A DNA stretch of 64,000 nt from Paraspadella gotoi. Its lineage: Eukaryota > Animalia > Chaetognatha. The position numbers were made by a program, and so were the translations under genes. Under the pieces are notes generated by a model that was not told the DNA's origin, searched no databases, and saw only the letters and a program-made list of their open reading frames with translations. The stretch lies in the NCBI GenBank assembly GCA_051294375.1, contig CM119264.1, positions 2,664,005-2,728,004 of the forward strand, given 5' to 3'. Positions 1 through 11,380 of this stretch are shown here, piece by piece; the first letter of the stretch is position 1; every line of letters starts with the position of its first letter.

Positions 1-50
1 TTCTCTCGTCTTCTCTCTCTCGTCTCTCTCTCTCTTTCCTCTCTCTCTCT

Positions 51-83
<33 letters not shown>

Positions 84-96
84 CTCTCTCTCTCTC
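1..96. repeat. (CT)n microsatellite
   Basis: Imperfect CT dinucleotide run. Dozens of similar (CT/AG)n runs occur through the window, e.g. 16151-16236, 21825-21920, 24499-24576, 31159-31272. Confidence 0.95.
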
Positions 97-207
97 TGTT
101 ATTTTGTTTCCATTCCTCGAACAGAAAGAGAATAGGCGCTCCGCACGTGTTTACATTATTATCTCGTTTGGCTCAAAAGTAAATTGTTTTCACTCGACTT
201 CCTTCCT

Positions 208-467
208 ATCATTTTTTGTCAATATGTCAGACGGTCGTTCTCCATCAAAGTAATGACATTAATCATTTTGTCAATATGTCAGACCGTCGTTCTCCATCAA
301 AGTAATGACATTAATCATTTTGTCAATATGTCAGACCGTCGTTCTCCATCGAAGTAATGACATTAATCATTTTGTCAATATGTCAGACCGTCGTTCTCCA
401 TCGAAGTAATGACATTAATCATTTTGTCAATATGTCAGACCGTCGTTCTCCATCGAAGTAATGACAT
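208..467. repeat. 52-bp tandem repeat, 5 copies
   Basis: Unit ATCATTTTGTCAATATGTCAGACCGTCGTTCTCCATC(A/G)AAGTAATGACATTA starts at 208, 262, 314, 366 and 418. Copies are contiguous with no spacers. Confidence 0.95.
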
Positions 468-1371
468 AAATAATTAAACGCTAAATACATCAACAAAAAA
501 GTTGGGCGTGGCGGAAGACGTAACTATATTTAAAGAGAAATACTACGATTCTCTCCAATCATTTTCTTGTTCCATTGCATCGCGAATAAGTTTGCAATGA
601 CGATGGAATCTTCAGTCAAGCTCTTAGTTTTTTCGTCTTGCAGATGGTAGATTTTGGCACCGGCGTCCGAACGGTCAATTTCCAAAATCTAAGATCTAAG
701 ATCTGAGATCTAAGATGAGGTATCGACGTAAAACATTTTGTGAAAACTGAAAGTATATCTTTCCCATTTTTTTTTGTTTCAATTTTAATGGAATTTTTCC
801 TCTTGAATACTTTTTTTTCCTTCGAACTAATTTTCTTTTAATTCTTTCTTTTTTTTCCTTTTTTTTATTCTCCTCGTTACTATCTCCGTTTTGAAATCGA
901 GAATAGAGATAGAATAATATTTTTAACGTAACTTAACCAAATTAACACTTTTCAGAGAAATAAAATCATAATTAAATATAATTCGAGTGAAACGAATTTT
1001 TTAACCGGATCCCCTCATTTTCTCTATTCTCTTTTCTTCCTTTAATTTCCTTCCTTCCCCATAATTTCTTTTTCATCCTTTCCTATTTCCTATTTCAGTT
1101 TCACTTATTCTACCTTCCCTCTTTTTTCACCTACTCCCTTTTTCTGCTTCCCAGAGCGAAACATTTTTCTATTCGAATTCAACTAATTTTTTTTGATTAA
1201 CTACGTGATTTTTATACATAAAAAAAAATTCTCTCTTCGGCCTAAAATGGATTTTCCGTTTGGGATTGCGGTGGAAGGGAGATAATCTCCGCGTCTCTCT
1301 CTCTCTCTCTCTCNNNNNNNNNNNNNNNNNNNNNNNNNCTCTTCTTCCTTTCTCTCTCTCTCTCTCTCTCT

Positions 1372-1425
<54 letters not shown>

Positions 1426-1527
1426 CACCTCCTTGCTCTTCCTCATTCTTTTTTTTTTCCGATTTTAAATCGTTCTTATTCCTTCGAATAAAAAAGTAAT
1501 AAGAGATTCCTCTCTTCTCTTCTCTCT

Positions 1528-1567
<40 letters not shown>

Positions 1568-1926
1568 GTTCTCGTCTCTCTCTCTCTCTCTCAATCTCTA
1601 TCGTCTGCTCTTTCTCTCTCTCTCCCCTCTCTCTTTTGTCTTTTTCGTCTTTGTCAATATCTTCAAAAGCGAACCGAGAGAGTGAAGAGAAAAAAGAGAA
1701 AAAAAAATAAAGAAAATAAGTGAATCGGAAGAAATGAATAAAAAAAGTTGTTGCCAAGGCCAATAAAAAAAAGCTGGTTGCCAAGGCTAATAAAAGAAAA
1801 AGCTTGGTTGCAGGCTATTTCGTTTAAGTTCCAACATTATTACCTCTTTTTTCTTTCCATCCTTTTTTCTTCTTCTTTTTCTTCTCGTTCGCGACTTTTT
1901 TTCCTGGGTTTCTAGCCTTTTCACAG

Positions 1927-2130
1927 TCTCTTTCACCCCACGCCACCTCTACTCCCCTTTACGTGCCCCGAATTCCTCACCCCCACACGGCCGCCCCGCC
2001 CGCACTCTACCAGCAGCCTCTGCGTCTCCCCCCCCCCTCTCGGCCCCCCCCAGCCGCCCAGCCCCAGCCGCCACACCCCTATACCCCAAGCCTCCTCCTT
2101 AACCCCTTCGCTCTCCCCTGCCAATTCCTT
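1927..2130 (+). CDS. Candidate Pro/His/Gln-rich coding exon, product unknown
   Basis: Pyrimidine tract and TTTTTCACAG acceptor (AG 1925-1926), then an open GC-rich frame SLSPHATSTPLYVPRIPHPHTAAPPALYQQPLRLPPPSRPPPAAQPQPPHPYTPS. No convincing donor, so the end is approximate. Confidence 0.3.
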
Positions 2131-4500
2131 TTTCCTATATTATTGTTGGTCAATTATATACTTTTTTTTACATTTCACAGTATTTTAATGAAAAATAAAT
2201 TTCTCTTTCCATTAGTCGCGTTTTTATTTTTTTCGTTTGAAGTTAAGTATTTCTCTTCCTTTTCTCCCTCTCGGGTATTTTTCTGAATGCTGATGTAGAT
2301 TGAGTTTATGTAGGAATTGAGAGAGTGAGAGACGTGATATGAGAGAGGAGAGAGAGATAGAGAGAGAGGAGAGAGGAGAGAAGGAGAGTATGAAAGATGA
2401 GAGGAGATTGTATTGTTATGAGTGTATGATATATATCCTAATGGTTATACGCTTATATGTTTTCTATTAAAATTTAACTTTAAATTCTACTTTTATGACA
2501 CTCAAATCTTTAAATAATAGTCTTTTTTATATCATAAATTTAAATGAATTAGTTTAATTCGTGTTTGGGTCTCGATTATTCGCTGGGAAAGTGTTTAACT
2601 TTAACTGTACATAGATTATTAATATATTTTCAGGATAATATATAAATTTTTATTGTAATTAATGCATAGGATAATTTAGTATGTTCACTGAAAGATATAA
2701 ATTTTTCAGATGAAGAAGAAAAACGATTTTTTTCTTTTCTTGAACTAATAAAAAGTCATTTCATTCTCGTCAAATATGAAAGCTCTATATGACACAATAA
2801 AAAATGGCGTAACGTTAATGATGTCCGTGCATAAAAAAATTCACTGTTCAATCTATATTATACTTCTTTTTTATTTTTTTGAAACGTTATAGTTTCATCA
2901 TGCTGATATCCTAAATATCAATTGCGAAAATCCTTTTTATTGTTTTTTTTGATATGACTAGACAATAGGGTGGAAGGATGATAAATTTTTAAAAAAGTTG
3001 ACTTATTCATATTTATTTGTCAAGCAAATTGTAATAGAAAAAAATTTAAAAAACAATAGAATAAGTACGAAATAGATTAAGTGTATGTCTCATAGAGTGG
3101 AAAAAGACCTTCCGATGCTTGAAATATTGCGATCGGCGAAGTGGGGTATGACTAAGGGCTTACCAATGGCATCCTCTCACGCCGATTGTTCTCCAATAAT
3201 TTTTTTTATTTAATACATTTGAAGGAAATAAAAAGAAAATTTGGAATGCAGGTTTGCAGAAGGGTACAGGTGATAATTGCCTGGACCTTATTGACCATGA
3301 ATAACCAGGACTTTTGGTAAAATTTTTGTGAAATGGGGGCAGTATAAGAATCGTAAAAATTTCATCCATTGAAGATCACAGTCAATGAACTTTTCCATAT
3401 GGGCCTATTACCGAAAAATTTATTTTTTTCTGTAACTTAAGAAAATGATGATAAATAATAAAATTGGAAATTTCTGGCGTTAATATGGTTTAAAAAAAAA
3501 TTATCAATTATAGATATTAACACAATTCGAGTTCTGCTTTTGTCAAAATCATGTGTACGCTGACTATCATAACTTTTTTCAATTTATAGTTTGATTAGAT
3601 GACAAGCAGTGTGTCGATAGCTTATTAGTTTGCGAGAGGTTATATGGAAGATTATGAAAAATGAGCGATTTGTTTTATTCATCAGACAAGAGGTAGATGT
3701 CCAGGACTGTTAGGTTATTAAGCTGAATGACATGTTTGTATTTATCATTTTTGAGATATTTAAAAAGTATATTTGTATACTAAGCCTACCGAACAGTAAA
3801 GTTGTTTGGTCTTGGTTGTTTTACGTTTACGAGAAAAATATTAAGGCAAGTTTTAGTGAGAATAAACAAAAATTTGCAAATACATACACAAAATGTAAGT
3901 TCAAGTCTTTCCTGTTTGTCAAATTAAAAATAAAAGGAAAAGAAATTCCTATGTTTTACATTTGAAATTTGTTAAAAGAAAAACAACTGTGTTATAGCTT
4001 TAACTCTATGATTTAAACAAAAGCTGTGAAGATTTATGGATTTAATTTAATAAACTCTTTTAGAAAGGCTGTCCCATGCATTAGGGCTTTCAATTCGATA
4101 CCACAGCCACCTTGCTACCTGTCTCTTTTCAAAGTTATTTAACCAGAGGATAATTGTTTTTGTAAATTAGCGTAGTACAAATCTTTGTTAAATAATAAAT
4201 TTCCGGCAAAGCGGAGTATCTCAGCTTATTTTCTGTTGGTACATACTTAAATTTCAAATAAAACTGTGATACTGATAAAATTTTTTAGTCATTTAGAGAG
4301 TGACATATTCACTGTTCAGGATGTACCCATGCTGTTATAATATGTTATTTTACTTAGGTTTCCGGCGCAAAAAGGTAATTAAAAAAGTGAATAAATTTTT
4401 TCAAATTGTTGGGAATAAAATTTCACTCCGACCTAGTGCTCAGTTGAGGAAATAAATTGGTTTATGCATAGAAAAATCAAATCATGCACAAAAAAAGTAT

Positions 4501-4549
4501 AAAAGTCAGCCTCTAGAAAAATCGAAGAGCGGCTAGAGGCTGATTTTTT
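4501..4549. terminator. Intrinsic-terminator-like hairpin
   Basis: AAAAG-TCAGCCTCTAG (4506-4516), 16-nt loop, CTAGAGGCTGA (4533-4543)-TTTTTT: a perfect 11-bp stem flanked by A and T tracts. It acts as a terminator only if the segment is bacterial. Confidence 0.35.
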
Positions 4550-5411
4550 ATTAGCAATTGCAAAATTTTTTGCTGCTCATAATCCATTAATTGCTCAAGT
4601 TTTCATGATATTTTTTTCTCAAAATCATTCAATCAATTTTTTTATTTAATTCAATTTAAATGTTTATGATGTTGTTTCTTTGTTTTAAATAATTGAAAAG
4701 AATGTGAAAAATATAGTTAATGGTATATTAGTTAGTTTGAAAATACCTCTTTAAAATATTAAGATAATTACGACACAAGGGGAGTAAGCAGTATGAAAAC
4801 TTCCCCACAATTCATAAAGAAATTGAAATGAATTGTCATATTAGGTTAGTTTAGATTAATGACTAAGTTACTAAAACAATGAAGTTCATATGAACTTTGA
4901 GGGAAATGAGTGGGTAACAAATAATTCATCTTGGTCTTGTTGTAACCTATTAGGTTATCTGTTAAAGTTTTGTTTTAATAACTCATTAATATTTTTTTTG
5001 CATTTATAAAAGCCGAATGGTTAAAATTTTGTAAGCAGTTCGAGCTATAGTTGCTGTCAGTCTTTTTTTAACTATTTTGTGATTCTTAGTTTAGCTTTTG
5101 TTGATGGTCAATGGTTATGGTCAGATATGAGATATGTCCAGTCGTGGTAATTATTCGCACATAATTGACCAACAAGTAGTGATCAATTAATTTGGCTCAG
5201 AAAACGATCTTTAAAGGGCAAAATCAGCACGAGACCGTTTCGCCACGTTATTACTTTTCATTGTGTCATATATATAAGTTTGAAATATATATAATGGTAG
5301 ACGTTGCGTCCGTTTTTTTTCTCCACAAACCGAACAAACATGTCGAAGCATAAACAAAACAACGAAAATATCAAGCAAAACAAGGAAAACGTCTTAATGA
5401 ATACTTCTGGC

Positions 5412-5561
5412 AGCCGCCCCCCTATCTGCGCCTCGTCAGTCTCCCCCCTGCCTCTGGTCTTTCAATTGGGCCGGTTCCATCAGCGAGTTTCAACTTCCGG
5501 AACGAATCAGCTCAAGCCAATCAGCCAACGCGTCAGAAGCCAGCTGCACTCAATCCAATCA
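5412..5561 (+). promoter_or_regulatory. Promoter-like motif cluster upstream of the GPCR-like gene
   Basis: GC box GCCGCCCC (~5412), ETS-type ACTTCCGG (5493-5500), two CCAATCA boxes (5517-5523, 5555-5561) and ATTGG at 5465. Noisy sequence; motif matches only. Confidence 0.3.
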
Positions 5562-5599
5562 CGCCAGTTAACCTATTAGCTGTGCTTAGTGTTTGCGAC

Positions 5600-5930
5600 C
5601 TTACTCCACCGGTCGTCTGGTCCTGTTCGAGTTCAATCCTCACGACCGCGGTCTCCCCGCCCCTTCCTTTGAAGTCAACGCCGAAGTGACAGCGCCCACC
5701 TGCCTCCTGCCTCCTCTCGCTCCTCCTCCTCTTCTCCTGTGTCAGTGGAGATCCACCCGGAAAAAGCGCTGGGTTTAGGTCGTCGAATTTCAATTTGTCA
5801 GATCGATTGACTTTATCTGCCCCCGCCCTCGATGGGGCCAACGTTGTCATTCTCGGGATACTTCTGGCTGCGGTTTTTCGGGGTCCGGTTATGCGGGCCG
5901 CGGTGGTCGGCGCGCCTTGTTACGTCTCTC
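5600..5930 (+). CDS. Class A GPCR-like gene, TM1?-TM2-ECL1-start of TM3 (frameshifted, noisy sequence)
   Basis: Adjacent frames give NLS (5792) and IDFIC (5806-5820), resembling TM2 NLxxxD. One frame from 5832 gives MGPTLSFSGYFWLRFFGVRLCG, resembling ECL1 WxFGxxxC with Cys at 5892. Boundaries approximate. Confidence 0.45.
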
Positions 5931-6296
5931 TCTTCTCTCTCTCTCTGTTCTCTTCTCTTATTCTCTCTGCTTGCTGTTTAGAGACGAATGTATTCCAACT
6001 TTTCAGCTGGCCACAAGAAATGGGACGTCTGGGATTATTTATGTCGGTCGTCCAGCGTCGTCTTCATTGTGAATCGAACAGACGTTTATTGTGTATCAAA
6101 CGCTAATGATAATTAAATAGGAAACAAATCTGTCAATTAAAAGTATCGAATAGAAAACTCAAAATTGTCACTTATCAATATATTTGTCACTTAATCATAG
6201 TATAAACCGCAAACGATTAATATAATATTGAAAAAAACTCTCATCATCTGCGGCTCAAACGCCGCGCGCCCCACTTCAGCGCGCCTCTCTCTGCAG

Positions 6297-6525
6297 ATTT
6301 CCGTCTCCTCGACTTGCTCTCGCTTCGCGTGTCTCGGCTCCCTCCTGTTACGTTATGAGGGGCGTCACGCATGTACGCGTTCCCTCGACTAGATGCCGGC
6401 GTCGCGCCAGTGATCCCTGGGCGTCTGGGCTCGATCTGACGCGTGACGGCGCGATGTTCGTGACGGCACGACCCGAGTCTCGGGTCGCGCGACGGTCATC
6501 CAAGAAATTCCCCGCCGTGAAGGGT
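6297..6525 (+). CDS. GPCR-like gene, TM3-ICL2-TM4 exon (copy 1)
   Basis: CTCTCTCTGCAG acceptor (AG 6295-6296), then ISVSSTCSRFACLGSLLLRYEG followed after a 1-nt slip by VTH. CTG GGC GTC TGG (LGVW) at 6417-6428 resembles TM4 W4.50. Confidence 0.5.
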
Positions 6526-8736
6526 GGCGCCATCTCTCTCTCTGCTGTCTCTGTCTCTCTCTCTCTTCATCTCTCTCTGCCTCGTCTCTCTCTCTCTCTC
6601 TTCTCTTCGTCTACTCGTCTCGCCGTCGTCTTCTCTGTCTCGCTCTGCTATATTCGCGACGCTCGAAAGCCAGACCTCTCTCCTTCGCGTCTCTCGATAT
6701 TCGATCCACGCCCTCAGTTGACGTGCGTCGACGCCGCCTTTTCAGTTTCCGGTGACGCAGTTGACGCCGGCAGCCCGCGCCGCTGCGGCTGCGCGGCGCT
6801 CGTCGACGTTTAAGCCTCACCGCACGCGAAACCAAACGTCGAACTCTCACCTGGTCTCTCAGGCCTCAGCAGCGAGATGCAACGTGGGCGAACATGACCG
6901 ACAGATTTTGCCCCGCGGCTTGCGCTTTTTGCTTATCTTTACTTTCCTTACCTCTCGTCTCTCAGGCTCTTCTCTCGACCCTTTCTCTCCTCTCTCTCTT
7001 CTTCCTCTCTCGCCTTCCTCCCATTCCTCCTCCCTCTTCTCTCCATTCTCCTTCTCCCCCTTCTCTCGCCCCCTTTCCTCCCTTCTCCGTCCTCCCGTAA
7101 ATGAGGATGATCAGCATGTCCCACCTGTTGGTAAGATTCCATGCTTCTTGGTGCGGTTGGCGAATTGCCGGACCGCGCCGCGCCGGGGCGGTCTCGATCA
7201 TTCGCGCGCGCGCTGGCCGCCGCCCTCTGGCAATCAGCGCATCCCTCTGCGTGTTCTCTGTCGCCGCGGGAGGAAAGAGGAAGAAGAGGAGGAGGAAAGA
7301 GGAGAGAGGAGGAGGAGGGGGGAGAAGGAAGGAAATAGAGGAAGGGAAGGGGATCCAGTTTGTCTTCGCCCATTACAAAAGTCAAACGAGTGTTATCTGG
7401 ATGGGGTTTGTTTTTCCGATAGGCTTGGGATAGTTTTTTGTGGATAGGCTTGGGATAGTTTTGGTGATAGTGTTTCGGGATAGTTTTTGGTGGATCATCC
7501 TTAGCATAGTTTCGGGGTAGTCCTAGATAGCTTTTTTTTTTTAATCGTCTTCGGACAAATAGTTTTGTGAGGATATAGATTTTTTCGGATATTTTAGGCT
7601 GAGGTTACTCGCGATTCCGTTGTGATAAATTTAACGATAGGTCGGCGATAAATTCCATTCAATATTGGAGCGGATATATTCTGCGGTTTTAATCAAAAGC
7701 CGATTAGCTTATTAATTATTATAGTTCATATCAAGACGTTTGTCAAACTAAATAAACAGCAGAACTGGAAATTGTGAAGCGGGAGTCTTCGTGATTAGTT
7801 AATATTGATAACCAGCTAGGAAAGGGATTTTAAGAAGTCACTTTGCACTTGATCACTTTACATGACAAAAATGAAATATTGTTCTTAACCTTTAGAGTTG
7901 TAAACGAGAACAAAATAATCTTTCTACTTTTTCTGCTTTCCGACAAAAACAAGAACCTTTAAGTTTTAATGGAGTTTGCGCCGTAAGAACTTTTTAGAAA
8001 ATTATAACGCAGGACATGATCGCGTGTTTGTTTTATTTCATATTCACTAGGTGATTCAGTCCGTACGATTGAGCACTCAAAAAAAAGCTTAAGACTAAAG
8101 ACAAAACAAAGTATAGAGATTGCGTGGAAACTAGCACATCTGAGACAAAACAAGGTTAACGGAGTTATTGATTACATATTTTCAATTATTAAGAAATGCG
8201 ACTATTTTTTGAAGAACTATATTTTCGCAACACTATAGGAGTATTGAGAAATTCTAGAATTGTTCTTAGATAATTGATGCAGTATTATCTTGAGTATAAG
8301 AAAGTTTAAATGGCTGATGGATTAGACCTGATGGATCTGATAAAAATAAAGAGGACCAACCAAAGAATTGAAGCTTAGAGCGTACGTTTCGCGAGTATCG
8401 CAGGACGCAATCGTCCGGAGGGAGAAATTACGGGGATAAGTCGTCGCTCAGAAGACGAATGTATCCAACCTTTTCACTGCCAAAAAATGGACTCTGGATT
8501 TTTATCGTCGTCGTCATCGTCGTCTTCATTGTGAACAACCAACTTTATTTGTACAAACGCTAATTGATAATTAAATAGGAAACAAATCTTCAATAAAAGT
8601 ATCAATAAAAACTCAAAATTGTCACTTATCATAATTGTCACTAATCATAATCACCGAAACGATTAATATAATATAAAAAAAACTCTTCATCATCTGCGCC
8701 AAACGCCGCGCCCCCACTTCAGCGCCCTCTCTCTCA

Positions 8737-8905
8737 ATTCCGTCTCCTCGAACCCCCCCCCTGTTACGTTATGACGGCGTCACGCATGACGCGTTCCCTC
8801 GACTAGATGCCGCGTCGCGCCATGATCCCAGGCGTCGCCTCGATCTGACGCGTGACGCCGCGATTCGTGACCACACCTCTCGCGCGACGCATCGATCCGT
8901 GAAGG
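8737..8905 (+). CDS. GPCR-like gene, TM3-ICL2-TM4 exon (copy 2)
   Basis: LLRYDGVTH at 8761-8787 resembles xRYxAVxH at the end of TM3. RAMIPGV around 8816-8836 aligns with copy 1 LGVW. Followed by a (CT)n intron-like tract. Confidence 0.5.
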
Positions 8906-8915
8906 GGCGCCTCTC

Positions 8916-9011
<96 letters not shown>

Positions 9012-9092
9012 GTCTCGCTCTCTATATCGCGACCTCAAACCATGACCTCTCTCCCCTTCGCGTTCTCTCGATTATTCGATCCACGCCCTCAG

Positions 9093-9738
9093 TTGACGTC
9101 GTCGACGCCGCCTTTTCATTTCCGGTGACGCAGTTGACGCCGCAGCCCGACGCCGCTGCGGCTGCCGCGGCGCTCGTCACGTTTAACCTCACCCACGGAA
9201 ACCAAACGTCGAATCTCACCTGGTCTCAGCCTCAGCAGCGAGATGCACGTGGCGAACATGACCGAAGGATCTTTCCTCGCGGCTTGCCTTTTCTCACTTA
9301 CTTTTCCCTTACCTTCTCTCTCAGTCTTCTCTCGACCCTTTCTCTCCTCTCTCTCTCTCTCCCCCTTCCTCCCATTCTCCCTCTCCCTCTTCCTCCCATT
9401 CTCCCTCTCCCCCTCTCTCTCCCCCTTCCTCCCTTCCTCCCCGTCCTCCAAATGAGGATGATCCAGCATTCCCTCACCTGTTGGAAGATTCATTGCTTCT
9501 GCCAGTGCGGTTGCAATTGCCGACCGTCGCCGCCGCCGCGGTCTCGATCCATTCCGCCGCCGCCGCCGCCGCCGCCTGGCAATCAGGCGCATCCCTCTGC
9601 GGGCTTCTCTCTCGCCGCGGGGGAGGAAGAGGAAGAAGAGGAGGAGGAAAGAGGAGGAGGAGGAGGAGGAGGGGAGGAGAAGGAAGGAAATGAGGAAGGA
9701 GGGGATCCAGTTTTGTCTTCGCCCAAAAAGTCAAACGA
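9093..9738 (+). CDS. GPCR-like gene, ECL2-TM5-start of ICL3 exon (redundant copies at 6718-7389 and 11661-12336)
   Basis: CT tract and CCCTCAG acceptor (9091-9092). VTFNLTHGNQTSNLTW has three N-glycosylation sequons, and copy 1 reads RCNV (ECL2 Cys). A shifted frame from 9243 gives VANMTEGSFLAACLFSLTFPLP (TM5-like TFxLP). Then LQMRMIQHSLTCWKIHCFCQCGCNCRP, poly-P/E/G and SPKKSN, ending at a GA|GTGAGT phase-2 donor (9739). Confidence 0.6.
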
Positions 9739-9766
9739 GTGAGTATCTGGATGGGGTTTTTTTTCC

Positions 9767-9885
9767 GGATAGGCTTGGGATAGTTTTTGGTGGATAGGCT
9801 TGGGATAGTTTTTGGTGGATAGTGTTGGGATAGTTTTTGGTGGATATCCTTAGCATAGTTTTCGGGGGTAGTCCTAGGATAGTTT
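9767..9885. repeat. ~25-bp minisatellite GGATAGGCTTGGGATAGTTTTTGGT
   Basis: 3-5 degenerate tandem copies right after the 9739 donor, also present in the other two block copies. Confidence 0.8.
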
Positions 9886-10609
9886 TTTTTTTTAATCGTC
9901 TTGGATAGTTTTTGAGGATATAGGATATTTTAGGATATTTTAGGCTGAGTTATCGGCGATTCCGTTGGTGATAAATTTAACGATAGGTCGGCGATAAATT
10001 CCGTGAAAATGATTGCGATTAATTCTGCGGTTTTAAACAAAACGATTAGCTATTAATTATTATAGTTCATATTCAAACGTTCAAACTAAAGAACAGTGGA
10101 AAATTGTCACGAGGGAGTCTTTCGTGAGTAGTTATTATTGATAACCCAGCTAGGAAGGACTTTTAAGAGTCACTTTCCACTTGATAATCTTTATAAACAA
10201 AAAGGAAATATTTTCTTAACCATTTTACGATTTAAACGAGAACAAACTAAAATCTTTCTACTTTTTTCTTTGGACAAAAACAAGAACCTTTAAGTTTAAT
10301 GAGTTGCGCCGTAATGAATTTTTAAATATATACAGAATGATCGCGTGATTGTTTTATTTCAAATTCAACTAGGTTGATTCAGTACGTACATGAGCATCAA
10401 AAAAAGCTAAGACTAAAGACAAAACAAAGTTAAAGATTGCGTGAAAACTAGCACTCTAGACAAAACAAGGTTAAAGTTATTGATTACAATATTTCAATCA
10501 TTAAAGAATGCGACTATTCTTTTGAGAACTATATTTTTCGAACTATAGATATTAGAAATTCTAGAATTTCTTAGAAATTGATGCAGTATTATCTGAGTTA
10601 TAAGAAATT

Positions 10610-10712
10610 TAAATGCTGATGGATTAGACTGATGGATTGATAAAAAATAAAGAGGCCAACCAAAAATTGACTTAGAGAGTCGTTTCGCGAGTACTCGCGG
10701 CGCAACTCAGGA
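10610..10712 (-). mobile_element. Truncated HINE-like element head
   Basis: Minus strand AGTTGCGCCGCGAGTACTCGCGAAACGACTCTCTAAGTCAATTTTTGGTTGG shares the CGCGAGTACTCGCG palindrome and the ACTCTxTAAGTC motif with the element head at 60972. Confidence 0.5.
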
Positions 10713-10940
10713 GGAGAAATTACGAGGGCATCGTCGCTCAGGACCTCGGGACGATTTCAAAAAACGGGAAGGGGTGAAAATATAAAAGAGAAAAGGAGGA
10801 AAAAATAAAGGAAAGGATAAAAGAAAAAATAAAGAAAAAAAACAAAACAAATCGCCTGACAACGAGGTGCCTGGTTTTTTCGAGCCTGTTTATTGTTTTA
10901 CGCACAAAAAAAATAGGAGGCGACATGGGAAAAACCATCT

Positions 10941-11047
<107 letters not shown>

Positions 11048-11330
11048 TAATTTTCTCTCTCTTGCAAGAGATTCATGAACTTCCTTCTTTTTAATGAATT
11101 TTTGTACTGAGGGAGGAGAAGAAAAAAAAAAAGAGAGAGAGAGAGAGAGAGACAGATAACTCCCGCTACCACACACTAAAAAAAAAAAAACTCTGAGAAA
11201 CGTAAACAAACAAAGAGAAACCAAAGGAAGAATAAAAGTAAAGGAAAGAGAAGCAAGAATTTGCTACATCGATTTGTAGTTGAGCCAAACAGAATTTATC
11301 TCCATAATGACGTAACCTTCGCGTTTAAGT

Positions 11331-11380
<50 letters not shown>

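Noticed and set aside
208-467. 52-bp repeats as a CRISPR array
   Set aside because: Units are contiguous with no unique spacers, there are no cas genes, and the context is eukaryotic.
1169-1784. RERE/LSLS ORFs here and throughout the ORF track
   Set aside because: Translations of (AG)n/(CT)n microsatellites, some running through N gaps.
5405-5440. Hammerhead ribozyme core (CTGACGA on the minus strand)
   Set aside because: No GAAA after a closing stem II, and no flanking stems I/III were found.
9220-9746. Minus-strand exons using CAG|GTGAG donors at ~9478 and ~9219
   Set aside because: The intervening minus-strand sequence is purine-rich with no acceptor tract, while the + strand has acceptor, donor, a phase match to 14854 and GPCR motifs. 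Not formally excluded.
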